Source of the DNA: Bacillota bacterium
GTDB lineage: Bacteria > Bacillota > Bacilli > Paenibacillales > UBA4045
Assembly: GCA_023441055.1 (NCBI GenBank)
Contig: JAEZQY010000067.1
Span: 150,246-214,245, forward strand
Direction of reading: 5' to 3'
Length of the DNA stretch: 64,000 nucleotides
This document shows, piece after piece, positions 55,681-64,000 of this stretch (its first letter is position 1; each line of letters opens with the position of its first letter). Under the pieces are notes generated by a model. It saw nothing but the letters and a program-made list of their open reading frames with translations, made no database searches and had not been told where the DNA came from. The position numbers and the translations under genes were made by a program.

Positions 55681-56373
55681 GAATTGCGCCTTCTGCTCCT
55701 CATGCTTATCGAGCATGATTTGGTCAGAAGCTATGCCGCTCTCACGCAGCAGCGCGATGTTCTGTGTGAGGAATTCATCGCTGCCCACGACATAGAATAG
55801 CCCTTCCTTATCTGCGGCCAGCTTCTTCACTTCCTCATAGTACGTTTGGCGATTATCCACAAATTGTGCGGTAAAGTTTCTGTCCGCTGCAGATTGCACA
55901 ACATCGGGAAACAGAAATTGCTTCGAGGATTCGATATTCAAGGAATGCATGGACTTGATACCATCTGGACGATCGAGATAAGTAAGGATGATCGAACGGA
56001 ATGTCGCAAGACCGACACCAGAAGACAGCAGGTACACGCTTCTCCCCATTCGCTTTAACGGAATACTGGTGTACGTTTTGAAGAGGGCGACTTCGTCTCC
56101 GATGTTGAGCTGCCTCAGAATCGATTTGAATTCAGAGCATTGCTCCTGAATACGGGTTGTGATGCCAACCGCATCTTCGGACGGTATAGTTGAGATGGAC
56201 ATATGGCGAATGAGACTGCGATTCGGGCCGTTGCCTGTATTGAATCCCTTCAATGCGAAGTGCGTGTGCGCACCTTCATCCCATGTAAAATCGCTCGGGC
56301 GTTCCAGAAGGTAGGTTTTGATTTCATCCGATTCCTCAACAATGTTCTTGATCTTAAGCCAGTAGATTTGCAC
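55672..56373 (-). CDS. Ferredoxin-NADP reductase-like FAD/NAD(P)-binding oxidoreductase
   Basis: RHMSIS (RxYS-type FAD motif) followed by LLSSGVGLATF (NAD(P) GxGxxP-like motif). 233 aa. Confidence 0.6.
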   Translation of the reverse strand: MQIYWLKIKNIVEESDEIKTYLLERPSDFTWDEGAHTHFALKGFNTGNGPNRSLIRHMSISTIPSEDAVGITTRIQEQCSEFKSILRQLNIGDEVALFKTYTSIPLKRMGRSVYLLSSGVGLATFRSIILTYLDRPDGIKSMHSLNIESSKQFLFPDVVQSAADRNFTAQFVDNRQTYYEEVKKLAADKEGLFYVVGSDEFLTQNIALLRESGIASDQIMLDKHEEQKAQFLA

Positions 56374-56446
56374 AGTTTATCGTCTCCCACTAATAGATTG
56401 CGATCGGGCCATACGGACATTCGCAGCTTTGCCAGCTATTATTAAT

Positions 56447-57304
56447 TTAACCACGTATGATCTCGGCCAAGGCATCCTTGATTGGTGTAGTCGGGCGACC
56501 GAGCAATGTTGCAAAATCTGAACGATCCACATCGAGCTCGCCTTCCCGAATGCCTTGTTGGATAGCAACAAGCATTGGAATGATGAAGTCCGGCACACCC
56601 GCGCCTTTCATAATATCAGCATAAGCAGCGTCATCAACCTGCTGCAGCAGCACTTCCTTGCCAAGAACTGCGCTGAGTTCTGCTGCAAATTGTTCTTGCG
56701 TCAGCGGAGGTCCAGAAAGCTCATAGCTCTTATTCTCATGGCCGCTGCCCGTAAGCGCCGCTGCGGCCGCCGCTGCATAATCTTGCTGTGCAGCCCAGCC
56801 CACTCTGCCGGATCCAGCAGAAGTTATCCAAGGAGCGCCAGCCATTACAGCCTGTATGCTGGGGGCTTCATTTTCCAAGTACCAGTTGTTGCGCAGGAAG
56901 GTGTATGGCATACCCGCACTCCTAATCGCTTCTTCTGTGAATTTATGAACAGGTGCCAGCATCAGCTTGCTGTCGCTTGCTCTAGCCAAGGAGGTATAGA
57001 CAATACGCTGTACCCCTGCGCGCTTAGCAGCTTCTACTGCATGGCCGTGCTGCCGTATTCTTGTATCATTGTCGCCATCCGTTGATATCAAGAGCAGGCG
57101 CTCAACACCAGCAAAGGCGTTATCCAGCGTTTCCGGTCTGTCGAAGTCACCATGTCGAACCTCCACTCCCCGAGCGCGCAGCCCCTCCGCTTTGTTCGGG
57201 TCGCGAACACTGACCGCCAGTTGGTCCGCGGATACGGATTTCAACAGATGCTCCACCACTTTCGATCCCAATTTGCCTGTCGCTCCCGTGACTAACATGC
57301 TCAT
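56447..57304 (-). CDS. NmrA-like / atypical SDR NAD(P)H-binding protein
   Basis: MSMLVTGATGKLGSKV Rossmann N-terminus. The ATG at 57304 behind AGGGAGGAA is preferred over 57379. Confidence 0.85.
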   Translation of the reverse strand: MSMLVTGATGKLGSKVVEHLLKSVSADQLAVSVRDPNKAEGLRARGVEVRHGDFDRPETLDNAFAGVERLLLISTDGDNDTRIRQHGHAVEAAKRAGVQRIVYTSLARASDSKLMLAPVHKFTEEAIRSAGMPYTFLRNNWYLENEAPSIQAVMAGAPWITSAGSGRVGWAAQQDYAAAAAAALTGSGHENKSYELSGPPLTQEQFAAELSAVLGKEVLLQQVDDAAYADIMKGAGVPDFIIPMLVAIQQGIREGELDVDRSDFATLLGRPTTPIKDALAEIIRG

Positions 57305-57332
57305 CTTACATTCCTCCCTTGGTAACGGATTG

Positions 57333-58946
57333 CTAAGCTCCTTCAACCATATCACGTTTACGATATCCAATAAAGCCAATAACCATCAAGGCCATACTCA
57401 CCACTGTCATCGCGATAAAGGTTGCCCCATCAAACGGATCTATCGGCAGCCGGGGAACCCAGCTTTGAACGGCTGTTTTCGAGAACCACTCCGGTAATTC
57501 TAGAATACCGCCAAAATAGTTTAAGACAAAAGAATAAGAAAGATAAACATAAACCGCTTTACCCAATCTAGGTGCCCAGCCTAGCGCTAAAGCAGCAAGA
57601 CCGGTAAAGAATAATACGGATGGCAAGAAGTTATAGGCTGCGGCGATAAAAACACCCATATGCATGGTAGAGCTGTCACCCATTGCAGCAATGGCCGTCA
57701 AGCCTAGTCCGCCTGCCGCCAGCAAAATGCCCACGGCTCCGGCAGCAATGGCCATCATGACACTCGTCCAATAAAGCCTGGCTCGAGTCACTTTAGTAGA
57801 ATAAAGCTGACTCAGATGCAACCGCGTTTCTTCCGTGAACAGCTTATTCACGATGGCTATCGGCAAAATGGAAACCAAGCACATCATGACCATCATAATG
57901 GTCCCGGTAAATGCTGCTTCTAGCGAAATGCCAGTTATCGTAAACATTTGGCTCATCATTTCATTACTTTCAAGGAAGGTCTGCATATCTCCATAAATCG
58001 AACCATAGGCTGCTCCCATAATAACGAAAGCAATCATCCAGCTGGTGATTACGCCTTTGTTAAGCCTGGTGAACAAGCCATGTACGGATAGCAATGATTG
58101 CTTCGCCATCCCGCGGCCTTCTCTTTCGGGTAAATAACCGGCGCCCATATCCCGACCGCCTTCAAGAGCAAAAGCGATGATCAAGATAAGGATGCTGAAG
58201 ATGGCTGCCAGAGCCAGAGGCCACCCCTTGTTCTCCGTAAACGGATAAGTCAGATAAATCCAGCCCATCGGATTGAGCATGGAGATATCAACATTCGATA
58301 TATCTGTGCCGGCGCGAATAATATATAACATGCCTATAATTCCTAGGGATGATCCCGTTGCGGCGGATGAAGATGGCATAATTTGTGCCATGACTAATGC
58401 GATCACAGATCCCAAGATTCCTGCCATCCCGATAGAAGCGCCAAACAAGAATGATCCCTCAGCCGAAATGGTTTCTGCGCCATAGCTATTCAGAACCACG
58501 CCGATAACCAGCGCTAATAAAAGATTGATACTGATGACTTCGATAATCACCGCAAACGAATTGGCTTGGCGACCAACTTGAAAAGAGCGCACCAGTTCAG
58601 TCAGTCCTAGATCCTCCTCTTTACGAGTATGGCCTATGACGTGCAATGCAGCGATAATCATCGCGAACAAACCACAGAATAACAACATTTCCTGCGAATA
58701 CATGGCACCCAACGTATACTCGGCTGCCGTGTCAATCGGTGTCGGGCCAACCATGGATATCATGGCAGGATTCTGCATGGTTTCATTCATCCCCTGCAAT
58801 CCTTGATCCTTTCCGATTTCTTCAAAAGCCGGAACAAAGCCGGAGGAAAACAAGCCTATACCAAAAATCCAGATGATGATTTTTTTCCAATCGCGTTTCA
58901 AATAGAGAACAAGCAGTGTACCCCATTGCGCAAATTTCTCTTGCAT
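57333..58946 (-). CDS. ABC-2 type exporter permease (12 TM)
   Basis: Large polytopic protein downstream of its ATPase gene. The ATG at 58946 behind GGAGGAAAC is preferred over 59024. Confidence 0.8.
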   Translation of the reverse strand: MQEKFAQWGTLLVLYLKRDWKKIIIWIFGIGLFSSGFVPAFEEIGKDQGLQGMNETMQNPAMISMVGPTPIDTAAEYTLGAMYSQEMLLFCGLFAMIIAALHVIGHTRKEEDLGLTELVRSFQVGRQANSFAVIIEVISINLLLALVIGVVLNSYGAETISAEGSFLFGASIGMAGILGSVIALVMAQIMPSSSAATGSSLGIIGMLYIIRAGTDISNVDISMLNPMGWIYLTYPFTENKGWPLALAAIFSILILIIAFALEGGRDMGAGYLPEREGRGMAKQSLLSVHGLFTRLNKGVITSWMIAFVIMGAAYGSIYGDMQTFLESNEMMSQMFTITGISLEAAFTGTIMMVMMCLVSILPIAIVNKLFTEETRLHLSQLYSTKVTRARLYWTSVMMAIAAGAVGILLAAGGLGLTAIAAMGDSSTMHMGVFIAAAYNFLPSVLFFTGLAALALGWAPRLGKAVYVYLSYSFVLNYFGGILELPEWFSKTAVQSWVPRLPIDPFDGATFIAMTVVSMALMVIGFIGYRKRDMVEGA

Positions 58947-58968
58947 CTTCGTTTCCTCCTTCCTGCTC

Positions 58969-59850
58969 TTAGACTTCATAGTGGCGCATGAATAAGTCTT
59001 CAAGCGTAGGCGGAACCGCTTCAAATTTCTTAACGCCCAACTTTACCGCTTCGGATAAGATGATATTGATACAAGCATTATCCACGGAGAAGGTCGCTTG
59101 ATTCCCTGTTTGCTTGAAATCATAGACACCATCGACAGAGGCCATTCTAACCACGTCACCTTCCGTTACTAAAGTAACCGTAGATCGTGATAAGTGACGC
59201 AATTCATCCAATGTCCCGGTTTCTACCACTTTACCTTGACGAATGATTACCACCTTATCGGCCAGACGTTCCACTTCGCTCAAAATATGAGAGGACAGCA
59301 AGATGGCTTTGCCGGCATTCTTGATCTTTTCAACTTCATCCTGGAAGACAGCTTCCATCAATGGATCAAGACCGGAAGTCGGTTCGTCGAAAATATACAA
59401 ATCGGAATGAACGGATAAAGCTGCAATCAAGCCGACTTTTTGTCGATTCCCTTTGGAGTAGCCTTTGGCTCTCTTCTTAGGATCCAGTTCAAAACGTTTA
59501 ATCAAATAGTCACGTTTATTGTTGTCACCGCCGCCATGCAACTTGATGAATAAATCGATAATTTCGCCGCCCGTTAAGCTGCCCCATAGAGCAACGTCAC
59601 CTGGAACATAAGAAATTCGTTTATGAATCTCAAGGCTATCCTTCCATACATCCTTGCCGAAGATCGTCGCATCTCCAGCATCTCGTTTAATAATTCCGAG
59701 CAAGATACGGATCGTTGTTGACTTCCCAGCGCCATTCGGCCCGATAAAGCCGACAACTTCCCCGGCATTTATCGAAAATGATACATCATGCAACGCTTTA
59801 GCTTTCCCGAAGCTTTTCTGCAAACCTCTAACGTTCAAAATTTCTGTCAT
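58969..59850 (-). CDS. ABC transporter ATP-binding protein
   Basis: GPNGAGKST Walker A, YSKGNRQKVGL signature and LYIFDEPTSGLD Walker B. Confidence 0.9.
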   Translation of the reverse strand: MTEILNVRGLQKSFGKAKALHDVSFSINAGEVVGFIGPNGAGKSTTIRILLGIIKRDAGDATIFGKDVWKDSLEIHKRISYVPGDVALWGSLTGGEIIDLFIKLHGGGDNNKRDYLIKRFELDPKKRAKGYSKGNRQKVGLIAALSVHSDLYIFDEPTSGLDPLMEAVFQDEVEKIKNAGKAILLSSHILSEVERLADKVVIIRQGKVVETGTLDELRHLSRSTVTLVTEGDVVRMASVDGVYDFKQTGNQATFSVDNACINIILSEAVKLGVKKFEAVPPTLEDLFMRHYEV

Positions 59851-59925
59851 GGCACTAAAACTCCTTTTTAACCAGTTTTAGTAACTTGCTTTCCAGTTTA
59901 AAAGCAAAGATTTACTCGGAAAATA

Positions 59926-59953
59926 ATGAACTACAATATAAGTAATAGTTCAT
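59926..59953. promoter_or_regulatory. Inverted repeat ATGAACTA-N12-TAGTTCAT in the TetR/ABC divergent region (candidate TetR operator)
   Basis: Perfect 8-bp arms. GAACTA / AAGTTCA half-sites recur at about 59987, 60038, 60050 and 60113. Confidence 0.3.
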
Positions 59954-60140
59954 ATCCATGTCCCTCCATGCTTTGTTATAAACCAAAGTTCATTTACAAT
60001 TCCAGTTATACATCTATCGACCGTTATAGTCAACCGAAAGTTCAATAAACGAACTATTTCGTGTTTGATAATTCGTAACTATACGATATAATAAATTCGA
60101 AAGCTATAATACGAACTAGATTAGAGAGCAGGAATATGAA

Positions 60141-60740
60141 ATGAATGGTTTTGAGAAGAGAACGCAACAGAAGAGACAGCAAGTTCTAGATGCAACCTTC
60201 CACTTGATCAATTCCGATGCCGGTATCGAACATGTGACGATGGATGATATTGCACAGCAATCCAATGTTGGTAAGACAACGATATTTAAGTATTTTGGAA
60301 GCAAAGAGAACCTTATTCATGAGGTTTTTACATCTTTTCTAACTCAAATGGGGGATACTGCTCAAAAAATCATGGCAGAAAATAAATCGTTCGAAGAAAC
60401 GCTCATTGCTATAAGTCAGAATAAGATTAATTATCTGGAGAAAATCAATAAACAATTTTATTTGAATTTAATGGAGTATATGACAAAGAAGGATGACGAG
60501 GGTCTAACGTTAATCATGCGGCAATATACCGAGTCAAGCTTTAGTCTTATGATGGATTTATTCCACAGAGGGCGTAAAGAAGGCAAGGTTGATTTGAAAT
60601 ATTCGGATGAATTTCTTTTGGTTTATTTTCAAGCCATAGTTGAAGGAATCTCCAGCCCGCACATCTATCCCAAATTACTCCCTTACACCGCCCAGTGGAC
60701 AGAATTGCTGATTAAAGGTCTTGCGCCAAATAAGTCATGA
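60141..60740 (+). CDS. TetR-family transcriptional regulator
   Basis: N-terminal HTH TMDDIAQQSNVGKTTIFKYFGSKENL. Divergent from the ABC exporter operon. Confidence 0.85.
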   Translation: MNGFEKRTQQKRQQVLDATFHLINSDAGIEHVTMDDIAQQSNVGKTTIFKYFGSKENLIHEVFTSFLTQMGDTAQKIMAENKSFEETLIAISQNKINYLEKINKQFYLNLMEYMTKKDDEGLTLIMRQYTESSFSLMMDLFHRGRKEGKVDLKYSDEFLLVYFQAIVEGISSPHIYPKLLPYTAQWTELLIKGLAPNKS

Positions 60741-60781
60741 ACGATGGCTTCCGAACGGTTGTGATCGGATAGCTTCCCCTT

Positions 60782-60819
60782 CGCAAAGTGCCTACTCCAT
60801 AAGGGGTAGGCACTTTGCG
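60782..60819. terminator. Strong hairpin between convergent TetR and SLH-protein genes
   Basis: CGCAAAGTGCCTAC-loop-GTAGGCACTTTGCG 14-bp perfect stem. It has no clear U-tract. Confidence 0.5.
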
Positions 60820-60843
60820 CTTAAACGTTGCGATCTTGTAGAT

Positions 60844-63800
60844 TCAATCGTTGATTAATTCAACCATCCTCAATAGGATCACTGTCGCCTCAGCTCGCTT
60901 AGCTGCGTCCATCGGGAAGAACTGTCTATTACCACGCCCTTGGACAATGGCTAACTCACTCACGGCCTGGACCGCGCCCTTCGCCCAAGCAGGTATATCC
61001 TGGTCATCTCTGAAAGACGTTGATGAACTAGCATTCCAGTTAAGCTTGAGCGCTCTGGCAACCATCATAGCCATCTCTGCTCGATTGATGATGTTGTCCG
61101 GCCTGAAGGTGTGATCATCGTATCCGTTAATAATTCCAGCTTGCACCATAAGCTGCACCTGTGTGATGGCCCATGTCGGGATATCCGCATGATCCATGAA
61201 TCCCAGCGGGGCCAACTCGCCTTCAAGCTTTAATACCCGTGCCAGCATTACAGCGAATTCGGCTCGACTCACCAGCTGTTCTGGTCGGAATGACCCATCC
61301 GGATAACCACTGATGATACCTTCATCTGCGGCAAGAATAATGTCTGTTTCAGCCCAATGTCCTTGAATATCCGTGAATGGGGTCTGAGGGATGGCGAACA
61401 CAGCAAACTTCGTAAAATGATCAACCTTCACAACGATGCGATCGTCTTCGACGATACCACCTATGTGGACCCATTCCAGCGCTTGCTCATCGTAATAGAA
61501 TACTGCAGGAATTTCGTGTAATCCGAGCTTCTCCGTATCCCATCTGAACGTTAGTGTGATGGGCGTTAGGAAGTTGTGCGTCATATTCTTCAACACTTCG
61601 AAGATCGGGCTCAGCAAGGTCTCTGTATCCCCAACCAACGAATGGTCATCCAACCATTTATCAATGGTTATCCATAGGCTTTGATCCGTTGACCCGGCAG
61701 GTATGAACACCGTGAGCTCATCGTCATATTTATACTGACCTGTGCCGCCTGCTGGTATTACCTTCCGATGGTCATCGTCTCTTGATCCAGCATCAGACGT
61801 TGGCGGGAACTCTGATCCCGATTCCGGATCTGGTTCTGGTTCCGGCTCAATGCTAAATCGAATCGTCACGAGTTCTGTCTCGAGTGCTAATTCATTCTTC
61901 ACGATTAACTTCAATAGGAAGCTTCCATCTTCCTCAGGCACACCTTCAATAATGCCTTCCGATGTCAATGTTAATCCAATTGGCCATACCCCCTCCGCAA
62001 CCTCCCAGGAATAATGACCTTCACCGTCGGCAGCAGCTAACACTTCTCGATAAGGTGAACCGACCCTACCATTCGGTATTGTTCGTTCACTTACGATAGG
62101 CGGTGCAAGATGAATCGTTAACTGAAACAGCTTCCTCGCAGGCATCCCTCCACCGGCTCCTGATCCTGCGACTTGTACCATGAAGGAATAGTCGCCAGGC
62201 ATGACAGGCAGGCCCGTTAATACTCCATCCTCACTTAACTGCCAATGCGCTGGAAGCTCACCGCTGACAACAGACCATTCGTAAGGCAACATACCGCCAC
62301 TGGCTGCAAACTGTATCCTGTACGGTTCACCCCCTGCAAGTGCGCCAGGCAATTGCAGCTCATTGCTAATTTCTAAGGCAGCAGGATGAATGTATATGAT
62401 TCGTTGTGTGGTGGCCGTCGCATCACCGTCAACTATTACCCTGATCGTCACTTGCGAAGCATATAAGGCTACAGGTATGCGAAGTGTGGTCTCATATACA
62501 CCTGTCTCATTACTCACGACTTCGGTCGCGATGGTCCCTTGCGATGTGGTAAGCAGCAACCGTTGTCCGCTGAGCGGCTCGTTATGCTCATCATACACAC
62601 TGCCTATAAGCGTAATGAGCTGACCGGGCTGCACGATGGCAATATCAGGATCCGACAGGTCTGAGCCTGCCAGCTTAGCATGCAATGTAAGACGAAGTGT
62701 CGGAGCTGATCCGGTATACGTGTACCGACTCTCGGCTGTCTCTGCGCTGAGGCCATATGGACTAGCTACACGCACTTCCACTGTACCGCTGCCTGGGATG
62801 AGGAACGCCCGCAATAAGGATTCACTCACATATTCAGTCTGCAGCGGGTTATCATCGAACATGATGAAGGAATCCTGTGTGAAGTGTGCGCCGCGAACCT
62901 CAACTTCGGTTCCTCCCGATCCTGTGCCTTCAGCTAAGCTAACGTCAGTAATGATCGGAGCAGGTAACAGCGGTGACCCGACGCCGAATTCCGTCCCATA
63001 CATCTGTTGCAAGTTAGGTGACGAATACGTATCGATCGTTACTGTCGTAGAACGAGTTTCCGCATGATATATTTGATTAGATACCTGCTTCCATGCTTGA
63101 TCCTCTGGCTGCCACCAATAAATCGTATGCTGAGCTGGCAGCATATTCTCTACAATGAAGCGGAGTTGATCGAAGCGATGCCCCGGCTCGGCCTTAACAT
63201 CGAAGTAGCGATCTGCAGACCGGAACACGCTAGATGTGTCTCCAGCAGGGTTGTTATCGAAGATCGCCGTCGTGACCGTACCCTGACCATATCCAGTAGC
63301 CGTAACATCACCGGAGGAGGCTAGTGCTATGCCATCTGGATCATCGCTCGTGCCTGAATGGACATAGTCGAGCGGCCGCGCGGCGACACGGATGGACAAC
63401 GTGGCCGATTGAACGGAACCCGCATCGTCGATCACCGAGATATCGAACACATAATCACCTGCGCTAAGCGGTACCCCATGAATGATTCCAGTCTCCCCGT
63501 CCAAAATAACCCCTTGCGGCAACGCCCCCTGTGTTACTAACCAGGTATAGGGTGCTGCTCCGCCTCGTGCTTGTAAGGGGATGGCTAGGCGATCCCCAAC
63601 CGAATAGAAGTTATTCACCTCGAGTCCGGGTTTCAATTCACCATCTATATATTCGCTTATATCGAAGATTAGATCTTCTGGCGCAACCTGAATGGATAGT
63701 TGCTGGCTCACGATTTGCTTGTCCGATGCAGCATCCTCCACTTGAATCGTGAATATATACGTGTCAGATCCACGTACAGCACTGGCGGGAATTATTCCGC

Positions 63801-64000
63801 TTATGACCCCTGTGTGAGCATCAAGCGTTAAGCCCTCAGGTAGATCCCCATCTATTAAGGACCATACGTATGGGGCAATTCCCCCAGCGGCGTTAAGTGT
63901 TTCATGATAGGCTGCACCTAATCTTCCATCCAATAATGATGCTGTCACGATCGACATCGGGTTTGGCAGAACGACATCTAGGCTAGCCCCACCGATGACT
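60844..64000 (-). CDS. Large cell-surface protein: repeated Ig-like (putative-Ig / cadherin-like) domains + three C-terminal SLH domains; N-terminus beyond the window
   Basis: The frame stays open upstream of the listed ATG to position 64000. The repeated motif LP.G..G..Y...L.A.GG..PY.W occurs at least 5 times. C-terminal SLH repeats are present (FTDIQGHWAE..., FMDHADIPTWA..., FRDDQDIPAWA...). Confidence 0.85.
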   Translation of the reverse strand, partial: VIGGASLDVVLPNPMSIVTASLLDGRLGAAYHETLNAAGGIAPYVWSLIDGDLPEGLTLDAHTGVISGIIPASAVRGSDTYIFTIQVEDAASDKQIVSQQLSIQVAPEDLIFDISEYIDGELKPGLEVNNFYSVGDRLAIPLQARGGAAPYTWLVTQGALPQGVILDGETGIIHGVPLSAGDYVFDISVIDDAGSVQSATLSIRVAARPLDYVHSGTSDDPDGIALASSGDVTATGYGQGTVTTAIFDNNPAGDTSSVFRSADRYFDVKAEPGHRFDQLRFIVENMLPAQHTIYWWQPEDQAWKQVSNQIYHAETRSTTVTIDTYSSPNLQQMYGTEFGVGSPLLPAPIITDVSLAEGTGSGGTEVEVRGAHFTQDSFIMFDDNPLQTEYVSESLLRAFLIPGSGTVEVRVASPYGLSAETAESRYTYTGSAPTLRLTLHAKLAGSDLSDPDIAIVQPGQLITLIGSVYDEHNEPLSGQRLLLTTSQGTIATEVVSNETGVYETTLRIPVALYASQVTIRVIVDGDATATTQRIIYIHPAALEISNELQLPGALAGGEPYRIQFAASGGMLPYEWSVVSGELPAHWQLSEDGVLTGLPVMPGDYSFMVQVAGSGAGGGMPARKLFQLTIHLAPPIVSERTIPNGRVGSPYREVLAAADGEGHYSWEVAEGVWPIGLTLTSEGIIEGVPEEDGSFLLKLIVKNELALETELVTIRFSIEPEPEPDPESGSEFPPTSDAGSRDDDHRKVIPAGGTGQYKYDDELTVFIPAGSTDQSLWITIDKWLDDHSLVGDTETLLSPIFEVLKNMTHNFLTPITLTFRWDTEKLGLHEIPAVFYYDEQALEWVHIGGIVEDDRIVVKVDHFTKFAVFAIPQTPFTDIQGHWAETDIILAADEGIISGYPDGSFRPEQLVSRAEFAVMLARVLKLEGELAPLGFMDHADIPTWAITQVQLMVQAGIINGYDDHTFRPDNIINRAEMAMMVARALKLNWNASSSTSFRDDQDIPAWAKGAVQAVSELAIVQGRGNRQFFPMDAAKRAEATVILLRMVELIND

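Overview
This 64-kb chromosomal window reads like a Paenibacillus-type Bacillota genome: G+C-rich coding DNA, GGAGG-type RBSs, lipobox lipoproteins and an SLH surface protein. All calls come from reading motifs and the supplied ORF track by eye; no searches were run.

The left ~44 kb is ordinary core and accessory metabolism, mostly on the minus strand:
- the mrpDCBA cation/proton antiporter;
- a cobalamin salvage/nucleotide-loop operon (cobT-cobU-cbiB-cobS-cobD-cobQ-cobO-cobC), lying downstream of a B12-riboswitch-controlled BtuFCD-like importer that carries an embedded AAC(3)-like gene;
- B12-riboswitch-controlled metE, and an MFS exporter;
- ectABC plus ectD, then htpG;
- a globin-coupled chemoreceptor with a C-terminal CZB zinc module;
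- a YesMN-type two-component system with an ABC sugar importer;
- uidA glucuronidase with a GPH symporter and an AraC regulator;
- rlmD.

At about 44.40 kb, inside the last codons of rlmD, composition drops abruptly to AT-rich DNA. This is a decayed serine-recombinase integrative element whose recombinase, Xis-like, CPCC and HEAT-like genes are all disrupted. Its only intact large ORFs are a translationally coupled pair: an orphan 459-aa protein plus a miniature OLD-type ATPase-Toprim protein.

A displaced RumA-type rlmD 3' end lies at about 50.89 kb. It is followed by a second, independent ATPase-Toprim (DUF4435-like) gene, a second recombinase tail, and a MocR regulator / DJ-1-RidA fusion pair. 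The right end carries FNR-like and NmrA-like oxidoreductases, an ABC-2 exporter with a TetR regulator, and a large SLH/Ig-repeat surface protein that runs off the edge.

The ATPase-Toprim loci are my best candidates for an undescribed anti-phage defence system. Also notable are several intergenic tandem-repeat blocks, two of which share an identical 51-bp period.
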